DNA of 64,000 nt from IMG/VR virus record IMGVR_UViG_3300025671_000038; one strand, given 5' to 3'. The notes beneath the pieces are model-generated. The model ran no database searches, was not told where the DNA came from, and worked only from the letters and a program-made list of their open reading frames with translations. Position numbers and translations under genes: made by a program. The stretch's first letter is position 1, and each line of letters begins with the position of its first letter. Below are positions 47,273 through 56,483 of the stretch, piece by piece. This DNA is from a virus.

Positions 47273-48274
47273 TCAGAATTTGTATATTGATAAAACTTCT
47301 CCCTTGGGAGATTTAGCCTCTACGTAGCCATCGTCTGGCACTTCACCCATATCAAAGTAGTAATACCCCGACCTTGAGAGGCTTTTGAAATCGAAAGTGT
47401 GGAGAGGGTTTCCTTCCTTGTCCTTATATCTTATTGTTACAGCCTCTATATTAGCCAGAGGGGAGAATGTAATTCTTCTGCCTGATTCGATTGTATCTTT
47501 ATGCCATTGCCCTATTAACCCCCCGGCAAATCCGGATAGCAATTTGAGTATCTCTACCCTCTCATCTCTAGCGTATGATGTCACATGAACTATGAAATCT
47601 CCGGGCTGCCAGAGATTCTCCACCATATGGGGAAAGGAGTGTATAATATAGGGGTTTTTAGGATACCAGAATCTATTTAATTTTTTCTCTTCAACTAGCT
47701 TAATCCCATTTCTCCAATGATCCTTTCGGTACGATAATCGGATCTGTCTCATCTCGTGGTCAAACTCACCAAGTCCCATTCCTTCTGGCCAGTCAGGAGC
47801 TTCCCATATCTCTTGTAGGAATTGTTTAGACTTTTCACAATTCTTTATCAGAATATGTGAAGACATGATGTTGTTATCCCTGTATCCTCCACCTATACCA
47901 TTATCTGGAGAGCCACCTCCCTTTGGCATTACAACAAACTCGTCACCCACGGGGATAAGATCCTCTAATTTTTTACCGAAATTCATGAATAGGCAATCAC
48001 AGTCTATAAAAAAGATCCACGGGTTTTCTACCTCGTCAAGCAATTTTCTTAGCAGCTTAATCTTTCCCCATTGAGCTGGTCTCCCCTCAAGAAACGATTC
48101 ATCTATCTTTTCCCCCCTGAGATCGTAATCATGAAGAGAGCAATACCCGGAAAAATTTCCATGTATGGTTATATCCGCCATACGAGAGTAGTGATCGTCA
48201 TACATGGAAACAACTAGGATCCTCCCGTCCTCGAGAGAATTGTATCCGATGGTCCACTCTACAGATTTCATCAT
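47273..48274 (-). CDS. GT34 (GMA12/MNN10-like) glycosyltransferase
   Basis: WGKIKLL, WIFFIDCDCLFMN, LIKN...S..FL..IW, WQPGDFIVH. Confidence 0.8.
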   Translation of the reverse strand: MMKSVEWTIGYNSLEDGRILVVSMYDDHYSRMADITIHGNFSGYCSLHDYDLRGEKIDESFLEGRPAQWGKIKLLRKLLDEVENPWIFFIDCDCLFMNFGKKLEDLIPVGDEFVVMPKGGGSPDNGIGGGYRDNNIMSSHILIKNCEKSKQFLQEIWEAPDWPEGMGLGEFDHEMRQIRLSYRKDHWRNGIKLVEEKKLNRFWYPKNPYIIHSFPHMVENLWQPGDFIVHVTSYARDERVEILKLLSGFAGGLIGQWHKDTIESGRRITFSPLANIEAVTIRYKDKEGNPLHTFDFKSLSRSGYYYFDMGEVPDDGYVEAKSPKGEVLSIYKF

Positions 48275-49065
48275 ATATTTTTCTGTTTTAATATTCCTTT
48301 CTCCTTATTAAAGCAGTGAAGTGATATTATGTGCATCGAATAATATCCGGGGGTGACTTTTTTCCACCTCTCTGGGTCTCTTTTCTGAAGAGATTCCAAT
48401 ATCCAGTACAATTTTCTACATGCTAAGTAAATATCGTCCCTAAAATGCCTTATGATATCGCAGGATCTGATGAAGTAGGCTATGTGAAAATTATTTCCCC
48501 TCCTCATAAAGTGATATCCAATCGTACACGGAACCCTCTCCTTATGGGGAGCCCCGGTATCTTCAGGAAACCAAATAGGCAAAAAAGCTTGCCTTGTAAA
48601 GGGTTCTCTTTCCAACATGTCCACTAAATCTGACAGGTCACCATATTCGAACCTAATTCCCTTTAGTGGGTTTCTCTTAACCTTACCGGTTAAGTTATCG
48701 ATTGGTGCCTTTTTTGGCCAGATCCTCTCCGGATAAGTGTGTGAAAACATCTCGTCCTTCTTGAACTGCTCGTTCTTCTTGCGGTTAAATGGCCACCATT
48801 CATTAGATGGCGGAGGGTTAAGAGGTAACCCACCGATTCTTTCCTGGAAGTGATCCTCCGCCCATGGTAAATTTGGGTTTACCTCAGCTATGAGTTCTTC
48901 CTGTGTGTTTGGAATAAACATCTGGAAGGAATGATTCATCACCTCCCACATATCATCCGGCGAAGGAACCCCTTGCCATCTCTCGGTTTCTACTACATAC
49001 CCGTGATTATAAAGTCTTTCCTTACTCCATTTAATTGCTTCGGATGGCTTGTAAAATGTTTTCAT
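48271..49065 (-). CDS. thymidylate-synthase homologue, dCMP hydroxymethylase/methylase-type
   Basis: TRQAFLPIW, VPCT (catalytic Cys), RSCDIIRHFRDD with Asp at the position of ThyA Asn, SLHCF. Confidence 0.72.
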   Translation of the reverse strand: MKTFYKPSEAIKWSKERLYNHGYVVETERWQGVPSPDDMWEVMNHSFQMFIPNTQEELIAEVNPNLPWAEDHFQERIGGLPLNPPPSNEWWPFNRKKNEQFKKDEMFSHTYPERIWPKKAPIDNLTGKVKRNPLKGIRFEYGDLSDLVDMLEREPFTRQAFLPIWFPEDTGAPHKERVPCTIGYHFMRRGNNFHIAYFIRSCDIIRHFRDDIYLACRKLYWILESLQKRDPERWKKVTPGYYSMHIISLHCFNKEKGILKQKNI

Positions 49066-49183
49066 ATTAAGAAGTTACACCTTTATACAGCCTGAGACTT
49101 TCATAGTTTCCAGTGTTTTCTTTTAACTTAGAATATTTTACCAGAGGTATCTGAGGAGGTGAATTATGACTCAGATGGGTCGT

Positions 49184-49450
49184 CTAGTTTTTTATCTTCA
49201 TTCGATATTTGTTTTCTATCCATGACATCTCCATCTCGGCCTTGGTTCGGTCGCAGTCGGAAATTGACATGATTGAGTTTACCCCGTACTCTAGCCATTC
49301 CTGATATTCCCTTTTAGTGAGTGATTTCGTATTCTGCCAGAACGGGTTTTTCCTAACATCCTCTCTTGTTAAACCGAGATAATTCAGGTGTCTTTCCTGG
49401 AGGAGGTTCATGATAACATCTTCCTTTTTATTGGTACTAGAAGAACTCAT
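49184..49450 (-). CDS. hypothetical protein
   Basis: 88 aa ORF. Confidence 0.5.
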   Translation of the reverse strand: MSSSSTNKKEDVIMNLLQERHLNYLGLTREDVRKNPFWQNTKSLTKREYQEWLEYGVNSIMSISDCDRTKAEMEMSWIENKYRMKIKN

Positions 49451-49536
49451 TTGATAGTAAATTTGATACTCTTTGGATTTTTAAATTTTATCTACCTGGG
49501 GTATTTATGTTTCGATCGATGTTTTCTTATTTATAC

Positions 49537-49947
49537 TTATGCCTGTTGATCAGCATTAGTCTTCGTTTGAGAGTCTCCCCTCCACACTCTATATGAGTCT
49601 GAGTCAAAGTGTTCGGTTGATACCTCATACACTACACCGTCTTCCAAAGCTTCCAATTGGTGAGGCTGTCCAGGTCTCTGTCTAACGGAATCTCCTACTC
49701 TTAGTTGAACCTCATTAACTTCTGCAGTTTCGGTGTCAATCCATCTATAAATGAAAGATCCCTCTTGGACATACCAGGTCTCATCCTTTATCATGTGATA
49801 GTGCATTGAAAATTTGGCACCTTTTTTAAAGCAGAGAAGCTTCCCGCAGTAGAGCTCGTTATTTTCGAAAATTATTTCATGTCCCCATCCTTTGGGTACA
49901 TTACACCCTGAGCATTCGATTGCATTAAATACGTGTGGTTTTTCCAT
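49537..49947 (-). CDS. cupin (sugar isomerase/epimerase-like)
   Basis: KGWGHE, SMHYH..KDETWYV..G, PHQL, EVST. Confidence 0.82.
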   Translation of the reverse strand: MEKPHVFNAIECSGCNVPKGWGHEIIFENNELYCGKLLCFKKGAKFSMHYHMIKDETWYVQEGSFIYRWIDTETAEVNEVQLRVGDSVRQRPGQPHQLEALEDGVVYEVSTEHFDSDSYRVWRGDSQTKTNADQQA

Positions 49948-49948
49948 G

Positions 49949-50077
49949 TTATTCTTCTTTATTAATAGACTTCATTATAGAGTTCAAAACTTCCCTATTT
50001 TGAGCTTGAAGCTTTGCTCTTTTCTTGCTGGACTTTTTGCTCAGGGGTTTTTTTAGACTTTTTCTTGCTCTTGCCAT
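49949..50077 (-). CDS. small Lys/Arg-rich peptide (42 aa; not in ORF track)
   Basis: MARARKSLKKPLSKKSSKKRAK...; fills the operon gap, stop 1 nt before the cupin start. Confidence 0.55.
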   Translation of the reverse strand: MARARKSLKKPLSKKSSKKRAKLQAQNREVLNSIMKSINKEE

Positions 50078-50088
50078 CTTTGTGTTTT

Positions 50089-50511
50089 TTATTTTAATAG
50101 TAATTCTTGAAGCATATCCAAGTATCTAGGGAGAATCCTTACACTTGCCTCTTCATATGTCATGAATTTAGCATCGTCGATTTCTTCTAATTGTAGCATA
50201 CTCTGCGGAATAATTTCACCCGACAGGTCTAACTCAGAAAGTGATTCAACTCGGTATTCATAAATAAATACCTCCTTGAAAATCTTTTTAGCCCTGATGT
50301 AATTGATCTTAAATTCCCTGCCCAATGAATCTATAGGTACGCTTATCCCTACCTCTTCCATGGTTTCCCTACATGCGGCTTCCTTATTAGACTCCCCATC
50401 CTCCACGTGGCCCTTGGGTGGCATATAACTTTTAAACCATCTAGATTTGACGCTGTGGCACAGTAGTATTTTATTTCCACATACTATGGCTATCCCCGCC
50501 GACTTTTCCAT
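50089..50511 (-). CDS. Nudix hydrolase
   Basis: PKGHVEDGESNKEAACRETMEEVG Nudix box. Confidence 0.92.
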   Translation of the reverse strand: MEKSAGIAIVCGNKILLCHSVKSRWFKSYMPPKGHVEDGESNKEAACRETMEEVGISVPIDSLGREFKINYIRAKKIFKEVFIYEYRVESLSELDLSGEIIPQSMLQLEEIDDAKFMTYEEASVRILPRYLDMLQELLLK

Positions 50512-50550
50512 ATCATCTGATGTTTGTTCTAATTATCTATCCGTCAGAAC

Positions 50551-52077
50551 TCAGCTTGTTCCGCGATCAAAGTAATAATTTGCTACTTCCCTTCCTTGAC
50601 CGAAATTTTCATAGACCCTGATGTGATATGTGTTTACATCGATTTTATCTTTAGCTGATCCAAGATCAAGAAAATGCATATCACACACATCATCCGGAGG
50701 AATAAGGGGGAAATCCCAGTATATGAAATGATTACCTCCATTATCAAAAAGAACGACCCTTACATTCTCCATTGGCTCCAATGGATGCATAAAAATTTTA
50801 CCCTCTGCTGGGTCGTAACTCCAAGACCCTATAATTCCACCCCTATAATTCCCCGCACGCTCCATAAACAAAATCTTCTCGCTCTTGCTATATCCGGAGA
50901 ATTTAACTATAAAATCCCCCGGATTCCAGGAATTCTTATTTATGTGCTTAGCAAGAAGAACCTTAGCAATATGTGGGTTGGGCCAATAAGAAACAAGGAG
51001 TCTTTGCTTTAAATATTTAATGCCATGCTTCAGATTGTTGTCAGTGGAGAAATTCTCAATAAAATTGTATTCATAGTCCGGTAACTCTATTCCCTTCCCT
51101 GGATACGAAAGATTCCCATACATCCTATCGAAGCAGATCCTTTCAAGTAGAAGGATGGACTCCTGGCATTTTCTAATTAATAGGGGAAAAGAGGTATTAT
51201 CCCCTGGGAGTATCATGAAATAATCGTCATCTATGTAGTCCTCAATCTTCCTTGTGGTGTTCATGAATATGGAATCGGGATCGACACACAAGATCCAATC
51301 TCCCTCTTCGCAATATTTCAGCTGATCTAAGATGGACCTAAATTTTCCTCCCCCTGTATTGCGAACAGTTTTTAATTCGTAGTTGTGTACACTGCAGTAG
51401 TATTTAAAATTCTCGAGAGATTTTCCATCCTTCATAATGTCCCACTCAGAATTATCATAGAAACATATGACTGATATGGACCTTTTCTTGACGAACTTGA
51501 AATCTTGTCCCCTATATTCATCCAAGATGTATCCGTTGGATTCCAATTTCCTAGTTATCGAGTTAAGCTGATCCCTCCGGTCGTCATTAAAATCAGCCCG
51601 ATATTCAAAAATTATAACCTCAGGAAAAACCTTACCGTAATCAATCAGTGCTTCTACTACGTCCAAATCATGCCCCTCGAGGTCAGTTTTAAATATCCCG
51701 ATTTGCGTTACCTGGTTTGTTTCTAGTATTTCAGATATTGGAACCTTTTGGATTGGCAATTTCTCGTAGAGGTGTTCTATGTTTCTTTTCCTGAGTTCCT
51801 CCAATAGAGGTGGGTTTGGAATGTCTATACTGGAGCATCCTCTGGCCCAGGATGGGAGTTCATATCTTTCTATGGTTTCCTCTGAAACTGTGAATAGAAA
51901 AGAATCCCCGGCAGAATCTGATACAGCTGCACATATTTTTTTTACGTTGGATTTATCAGGCAAATTGTCGAGGTATCCCTGGACCACGTCTATGGTAATT
52001 CCATTTTGCCAATCATAGCAGGTTTGATGCAGGGTATTAAAATCACAGCTCCCTACCTCCACGAAATCATATTTCAT
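50551..52077 (-). CDS. FkbM-like methyltransferase fused to GT34-like glycosyltransferase
   Basis: N: VEVGSCD, KTDLEGHD, FEY; C: WILCVDPDSIFMN, WNPGDFIV. Confidence 0.75.
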   Translation of the reverse strand: MKYDFVEVGSCDFNTLHQTCYDWQNGITIDVVQGYLDNLPDKSNVKKICAAVSDSAGDSFLFTVSEETIERYELPSWARGCSSIDIPNPPLLEELRKRNIEHLYEKLPIQKVPISEILETNQVTQIGIFKTDLEGHDLDVVEALIDYGKVFPEVIIFEYRADFNDDRRDQLNSITRKLESNGYILDEYRGQDFKFVKKRSISVICFYDNSEWDIMKDGKSLENFKYYCSVHNYELKTVRNTGGGKFRSILDQLKYCEEGDWILCVDPDSIFMNTTRKIEDYIDDDYFMILPGDNTSFPLLIRKCQESILLLERICFDRMYGNLSYPGKGIELPDYEYNFIENFSTDNNLKHGIKYLKQRLLVSYWPNPHIAKVLLAKHINKNSWNPGDFIVKFSGYSKSEKILFMERAGNYRGGIIGSWSYDPAEGKIFMHPLEPMENVRVVLFDNGGNHFIYWDFPLIPPDDVCDMHFLDLGSAKDKIDVNTYHIRVYENFGQGREVANYYFDRGTS

Positions 52078-52093
52078 ACCAATGGGAGGATTT

Positions 52094-52924
52094 TTATTCG
52101 GAGGCTGAGACTGCTCTACCTTTCATTTTTTCCCAATCCCTCTCCGGTCTTACCTCCAGGTTGGTTTTCCACCCGCCTTCTATAGTGTTCAAAGGAGCAC
52201 CAGCTTCCCTTGCAAAGGAAATCATTGCATTAACATCTTTGGGAAAACAAGTTCCCCCATATCCCATTTTCCCGTCTGGTCCGGGAACATGGAGGTGTGA
52301 ATCACCAACTCTACCGTCGGAAGCGAATCCATGAATAGCATCGTCCCAATTAATTCCTATCACTTTACCAAGTCTGTGGAATTCGTTCATCATAGACACC
52401 TTGGTTGCAAAAAAGGTGTTATTCATATACTTGATATACTCCGCTGTTGTAGAATCTGTGTAGATGATATGCTTATTCATGAATCTCTCTGAAAATAGCT
52501 CCCCTACCTCACGTGTAAAATTCTCATCACCCCCAAGGATAATCCTCGCCTGTGTCAATATGTCAAGCTTTGCTGTCCTCTCTGTTAGAAATTCAGGTGA
52601 GAATATTATCCGGTATCCAAATTTATCTATAAGACTCCTTGTTGTCCCTGGTAGCACAGTCGACTTTATGATGAATATGGAATCTGGTGAGGGTATAACG
52701 GATTCGAAGAAATCCTCAATAAAAGATAAATCTTGTGTTCCGTCGGATCTCATCGGAGTTGGCAAACAAACAAAGATGTACTTCTGTTCTAATACTTCTG
52801 CTAGATCGTGTGTCCTCCTCTTTTTATCTATGTCGTAAACTCTAACATCAGCGACGGGGGAAAAGGCGAAAGCCTGTGCTTCTCCGACAAACCCATTGCC
52901 TACAACTCCTACTGTTTTTTTCAT
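52094..52924 (-). CDS. UDP-glucose/GDP-mannose dehydrogenase family (short form)
   Basis: GNGFVG, FVCLPTP, KSTVLPG, SPEFL, KYMNNTF.A.K, GYGGTCFPKD; C-terminal domain absent. Confidence 0.88.
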   Translation of the reverse strand: MKKTVGVVGNGFVGEAQAFAFSPVADVRVYDIDKKRRTHDLAEVLEQKYIFVCLPTPMRSDGTQDLSFIEDFFESVIPSPDSIFIIKSTVLPGTTRSLIDKFGYRIIFSPEFLTERTAKLDILTQARIILGGDENFTREVGELFSERFMNKHIIYTDSTTAEYIKYMNNTFFATKVSMMNEFHRLGKVIGINWDDAIHGFASDGRVGDSHLHVPGPDGKMGYGGTCFPKDVNAMISFAREAGAPLNTIEGGWKTNLEVRPERDWEKMKGRAVSASE

Positions 52925-52935
52925 ATTTGTAGATT

Positions 52936-53769
52936 TTATTTTTTGTACATTAAATCAAGACTTTCCTTATAGTCCCTTATCCTATCCTTTATTTCCTTTC
53001 TCGGATTCCATCCGGGAAGTCTTCTATTGACATCAGCACAGGTTAAAAATTGATATCCTGTTGGTATTTTCTCCTCGGTCGTGTAGGTGTAAGGTATACC
53101 AAATATGGTCATGAAGTCTTCGAAATAGCAAGGGGTTCCAGTCCCTATGTCCCAGGTAGTTCCTGTTCTAACTTCCTCCATGGCGACTATATTAGCACTA
53201 ACGATATCGTCCACGTGGATAAAATCACGCATAGGCTTTTTAGGAAATAACTCCATGACGTCAAGGGACTTCTCTACATAAAATTTATAGTAAGCCTGGT
53301 ATGCTACGGAGGCCATCCTACCCTTATTTTGCTCACCAGGTCCGAAAACATTGAAATATCTTAGACAAACGGCTGCTGACATTCCATGGAGAAATCCCTC
53401 TGCACTATATTTTGACCAAGCATACAAGTTTGAAGGCTTTTCCCCGTCGGTTCCGTAACAAGCTGCAGAAGACGAATAAACCATCTTGACTCCATATTGC
53501 ATACACAAATCTCCCAGATATTTGGAAAACTCGTAATTGAGGAACATCATGTAATTTACATCTTGGTTCAGTGTGTCTGAACAAGCACCTACATGAAAAA
53601 CCCCATCCAGGCTTACCCCCTTAAATATATTCTCAAGAGCTTCTTTCCAATCCGGCCTCATGACATCTTCCTCCTCGAAAGAAAATACCGAATTTCCCTG
53701 GACCATCAGGGTATCCTTTAGATTGCTTCCTATAAATCCAACGGATCCGGTAACCAAGTAGTTCTTCAT
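52936..53769 (-). CDS. ADP-L-glycero-D-manno-heptose 6-epimerase-like SDR (HldD/RfaD-like)
   Basis: GSVGFIGS, FHVGACSDT, YSSSAACYG, P.NLYAWSK, LRYFNVFGP.E..KGRMASV. Confidence 0.85.
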   Translation of the reverse strand: MKNYLVTGSVGFIGSNLKDTLMVQGNSVFSFEEEDVMRPDWKEALENIFKGVSLDGVFHVGACSDTLNQDVNYMMFLNYEFSKYLGDLCMQYGVKMVYSSSAACYGTDGEKPSNLYAWSKYSAEGFLHGMSAAVCLRYFNVFGPGEQNKGRMASVAYQAYYKFYVEKSLDVMELFPKKPMRDFIHVDDIVSANIVAMEEVRTGTTWDIGTGTPCYFEDFMTIFGIPYTYTTEEKIPTGYQFLTCADVNRRLPGWNPRKEIKDRIRDYKESLDLMYKK

Positions 53770-53840
53770 AGAGATCGTTTACTCTATGATATGGACCCAA
53801 TTAAGAAATATTTCGATTAGTGGAATTTATTTGTGTGGAA

Positions 53841-54341
53841 TTATGAATAATAGTCCCACTCAATATCTTCGAAATCAATATCAACGATCTCATATCCAGC
53901 GTATTCACTCCCTCCAACGTCTGCTGGGAAGCTAAATACATATTTCTCATCGTTGGTTACACCGCTTAGAAATCCTAATCCCTCACGTGGCTCAGTGATT
54001 TCCAACTCGTCAATTATAACGATGTCCTCTAATCCATCAGGTCTGGTAACGACAACCGCTTCTGCTTGATCTCGATTAAAAAAATTAATGACCTTTTGTG
54101 GATCTACTTTACCCGAATCATCCAGAAAGACAGAATAATCGGCGTAGATACCTTTCTTCCCATTCTTTTGTGCTTCTACCCACTCAGCTATTTTTTCAGA
54201 TATCTCCTCGAGATCAAATTTATCTCCTCCTGGAAACAGGCGGCGTATAAATTTTACTCCCCTACTGTGCTTCCTCTGCGGGAAGGAGGATGCTTTTTTT
54301 CCAAGATAATAATCCTCAAATAGATGTAATCTTTTCATCAA
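53841..54341 (-). CDS. hypothetical protein with capsid-targeting-like leader
   Basis: MKRLHLFEDY (ATG 54338); GATATATA at 54344-54351. Confidence 0.55.
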   Translation of the reverse strand: MMKRLHLFEDYYLGKKASSFPQRKHSRGVKFIRRLFPGGDKFDLEEISEKIAEWVEAQKNGKKGIYADYSVFLDDSGKVDPQKVINFFNRDQAEAVVVTRPDGLEDIVIIDELEITEPREGLGFLSGVTNDEKYVFSFPADVGGSEYAGYEIVDIDFEDIEWDYYS

Positions 54342-54342
54342 G

Positions 54343-56304
54343 CTATATATCCAGTAATATCCACTGCTCCTGGTAGTATCTGTGGTCCTGAATAAATATT
54401 TTCAAATCCTTACCCAGCCAGCTTTCGTAAAACCCTACCCAATAACTATTCCCCCTGGTTAATTCGAGCGAGTACCTAATCAGGGTTTGTCCGTACTGAT
54501 CCTCTAGAACTACTGTCTGACTTCCTTGAGATCTACCATTATATTTAAAAGACAGTCTACCGGTAAGTTTGTCGAAAGAAAAATCCAGGAAAGGATCCGG
54601 GGACAAGGTAGAAAGTCTCTCCGATATTATTGCTCTTATTATATGGGATTCCAGTAATCTCACAATTTCATACCAGCTGGAATCCATATCTAGGTGAACT
54701 ATATTTAGTGGATTCCCCAAAAGATCTCTTGTTGATTTTTCGGGGAATGCGGTTCTTATGGATTTTCCCGTAGCTTCCTTCGCAGTCCTTAAAACGGCAG
54801 GGTTATTTTTTTTGCCTTTCAGGGTCCCATCCAGCGATAGGAAGAAGAAAGGGCATTCTGTGGACTTGGAAACTTTTTCTGCATCTCTTAGTGTATAAAC
54901 CAGTATAACGTCATACATAAAGAGGTCGTCATAAGGATTTCTAATATCTACATTATGCCCTCTCTCCCTTAGTAGGGACGATATCTTCATTACAGTTCCA
55001 TAGAAAGGGAAGTCCGAATATTCTACAGGATCCACTATTGCAATATTTAGCGAAGATATGGATTCTTCAATATCAACGACTGATTCGTGTCGAACCATAT
55101 CAAAACCAACGGAATGCTTATACCAATCAGATCCTGTAGCTAAGGAAGCAAATATTTCTTCAAAACCGGTTTTGTATTGAGATTCGTATACTTTATTAAG
55201 AAGAATCTTAGAATCTAGATCATCCTGAGATATAGGATTTGGTGATATTGAAAAAACCCTTATTTGTGATTCTCTAAACACATCCACAACCATATCATGA
55301 ACCTCTATGTGCTGGATATGTCCATATTCACCATATCTTCCGTGTGTTACCACACATTCCCAATCTCCGGAGGATCTTAGGTACTGCATATCTGAATATA
55401 TGGAGGCTCTATCCCTCAGAGGGGAAAGCGAAAACTCATAATCCCATATTTCATAATCCTCTATCCCGAGCATTCCCATTGATCTTAGGAATTCAGCCTT
55501 TCTAACCTCATCATTGCCACCAGTTACACAAACTACCCTGGTATTTTCTCTATTCTTGGAAAGCCAATTTCCGAAAAAGATGGCTTCATCGTCAGGGTGT
55601 GCAATTACCAGGAGATTCTTTTTCATATCTAAGCATTTACATTTCTTTCTTTCAACATTAGTGTAAACCCATCTATTTCTACACAGATTACAAAACCCTA
55701 TTGAATAATTAGGTTGCTTTGTAGGATATATCTTACCTTCCCGTGGGATAAATTTCCACTTATAACCAAAATCACCGGAGGAGCTGGATTTTTCCCGATT
55801 CCTTATAACTTCGTGCCACGATGAGGATTTGCCTTCGGGTGCTACGAAATCTAGGTATTCCATGGAGGGCATGTGTGTGATAAAGTACTCGATGAGTTTT
55901 ATCCACATCCATTTGCCTAATCCTGGATGTAATTTTTTATCGTATAATGGGGCATTACAGTAAGCATAATTTCCCCACCTGAATATGAAGTGAACAGCTA
56001 CCTCGTCCTCCCCTATTTTCCCGGCAAAGAGAACTACATCGTTATCTTGCTTTATGGAATCTGAATTCCAGTTTCCCCATAGAGGAAACCCACCGTTGGA
56101 AAGTGGCTGGGAAGCCCAGAGATCCATATATCTCTGAACCAGATCCGGATCGTATTCAACCTGGTGATACGAAAGGCTCCTGTTTTTTGATAGGGTGTTT
56201 TTCAGATCCTTCCTCGATGGCTTGGACAGGGAAGAAATATACTCATCCAGATTATCATAATCTGAAACCTTCAGGATTAATGGATTGTTTAGCTCGGGTA
56301 TCAT
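54343..56304 (-). CDS. multidomain protein: acyltransferase (GNAT)-like + PIG-L/LmbE deacetylase + C-terminal domains
   Basis: AHPDDE, THG.YGEYGHIQH (PIG-L); N-terminal LSKPSRKDL, YD.K.H.GLG..W..LIEY pattern. Confidence 0.7.
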   Translation of the reverse strand: MIPELNNPLILKVSDYDNLDEYISSLSKPSRKDLKNTLSKNRSLSYHQVEYDPDLVQRYMDLWASQPLSNGGFPLWGNWNSDSIKQDNDVVLFAGKIGEDEVAVHFIFRWGNYAYCNAPLYDKKLHPGLGKWMWIKLIEYFITHMPSMEYLDFVAPEGKSSSWHEVIRNREKSSSSGDFGYKWKFIPREGKIYPTKQPNYSIGFCNLCRNRWVYTNVERKKCKCLDMKKNLLVIAHPDDEAIFFGNWLSKNRENTRVVCVTGGNDEVRKAEFLRSMGMLGIEDYEIWDYEFSLSPLRDRASIYSDMQYLRSSGDWECVVTHGRYGEYGHIQHIEVHDMVVDVFRESQIRVFSISPNPISQDDLDSKILLNKVYESQYKTGFEEIFASLATGSDWYKHSVGFDMVRHESVVDIEESISSLNIAIVDPVEYSDFPFYGTVMKISSLLRERGHNVDIRNPYDDLFMYDVILVYTLRDAEKVSKSTECPFFFLSLDGTLKGKKNNPAVLRTAKEATGKSIRTAFPEKSTRDLLGNPLNIVHLDMDSSWYEIVRLLESHIIRAIISERLSTLSPDPFLDFSFDKLTGRLSFKYNGRSQGSQTVVLEDQYGQTLIRYSLELTRGNSYWVGFYESWLGKDLKIFIQDHRYYQEQWILLDI

Positions 56305-56483
56305 AAACCTTGGAAATCTATACCCGCTATATAATGGAGAATCGAGAAGAATATAACTTGCATGATCAGAAGGAGAACAAAGAAGATGAACTCCTCCGTA
56401 AGTGTTTCTTTAAAGCTTATACTTTTTGACCACAGAAGTCTCCCGAAAATAGTCGCAACTACTATAAAAGTGAAGCTAGGCAT
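56301..56483 (-). CDS. small membrane protein
   Basis: Two hydrophobic segments. Confidence 0.4.
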   Translation of the reverse strand: MPSFTFIVVATIFGRLLWSKSISFKETLTEEFIFFVLLLIMQVIFFSILHYIAGIDFQGL

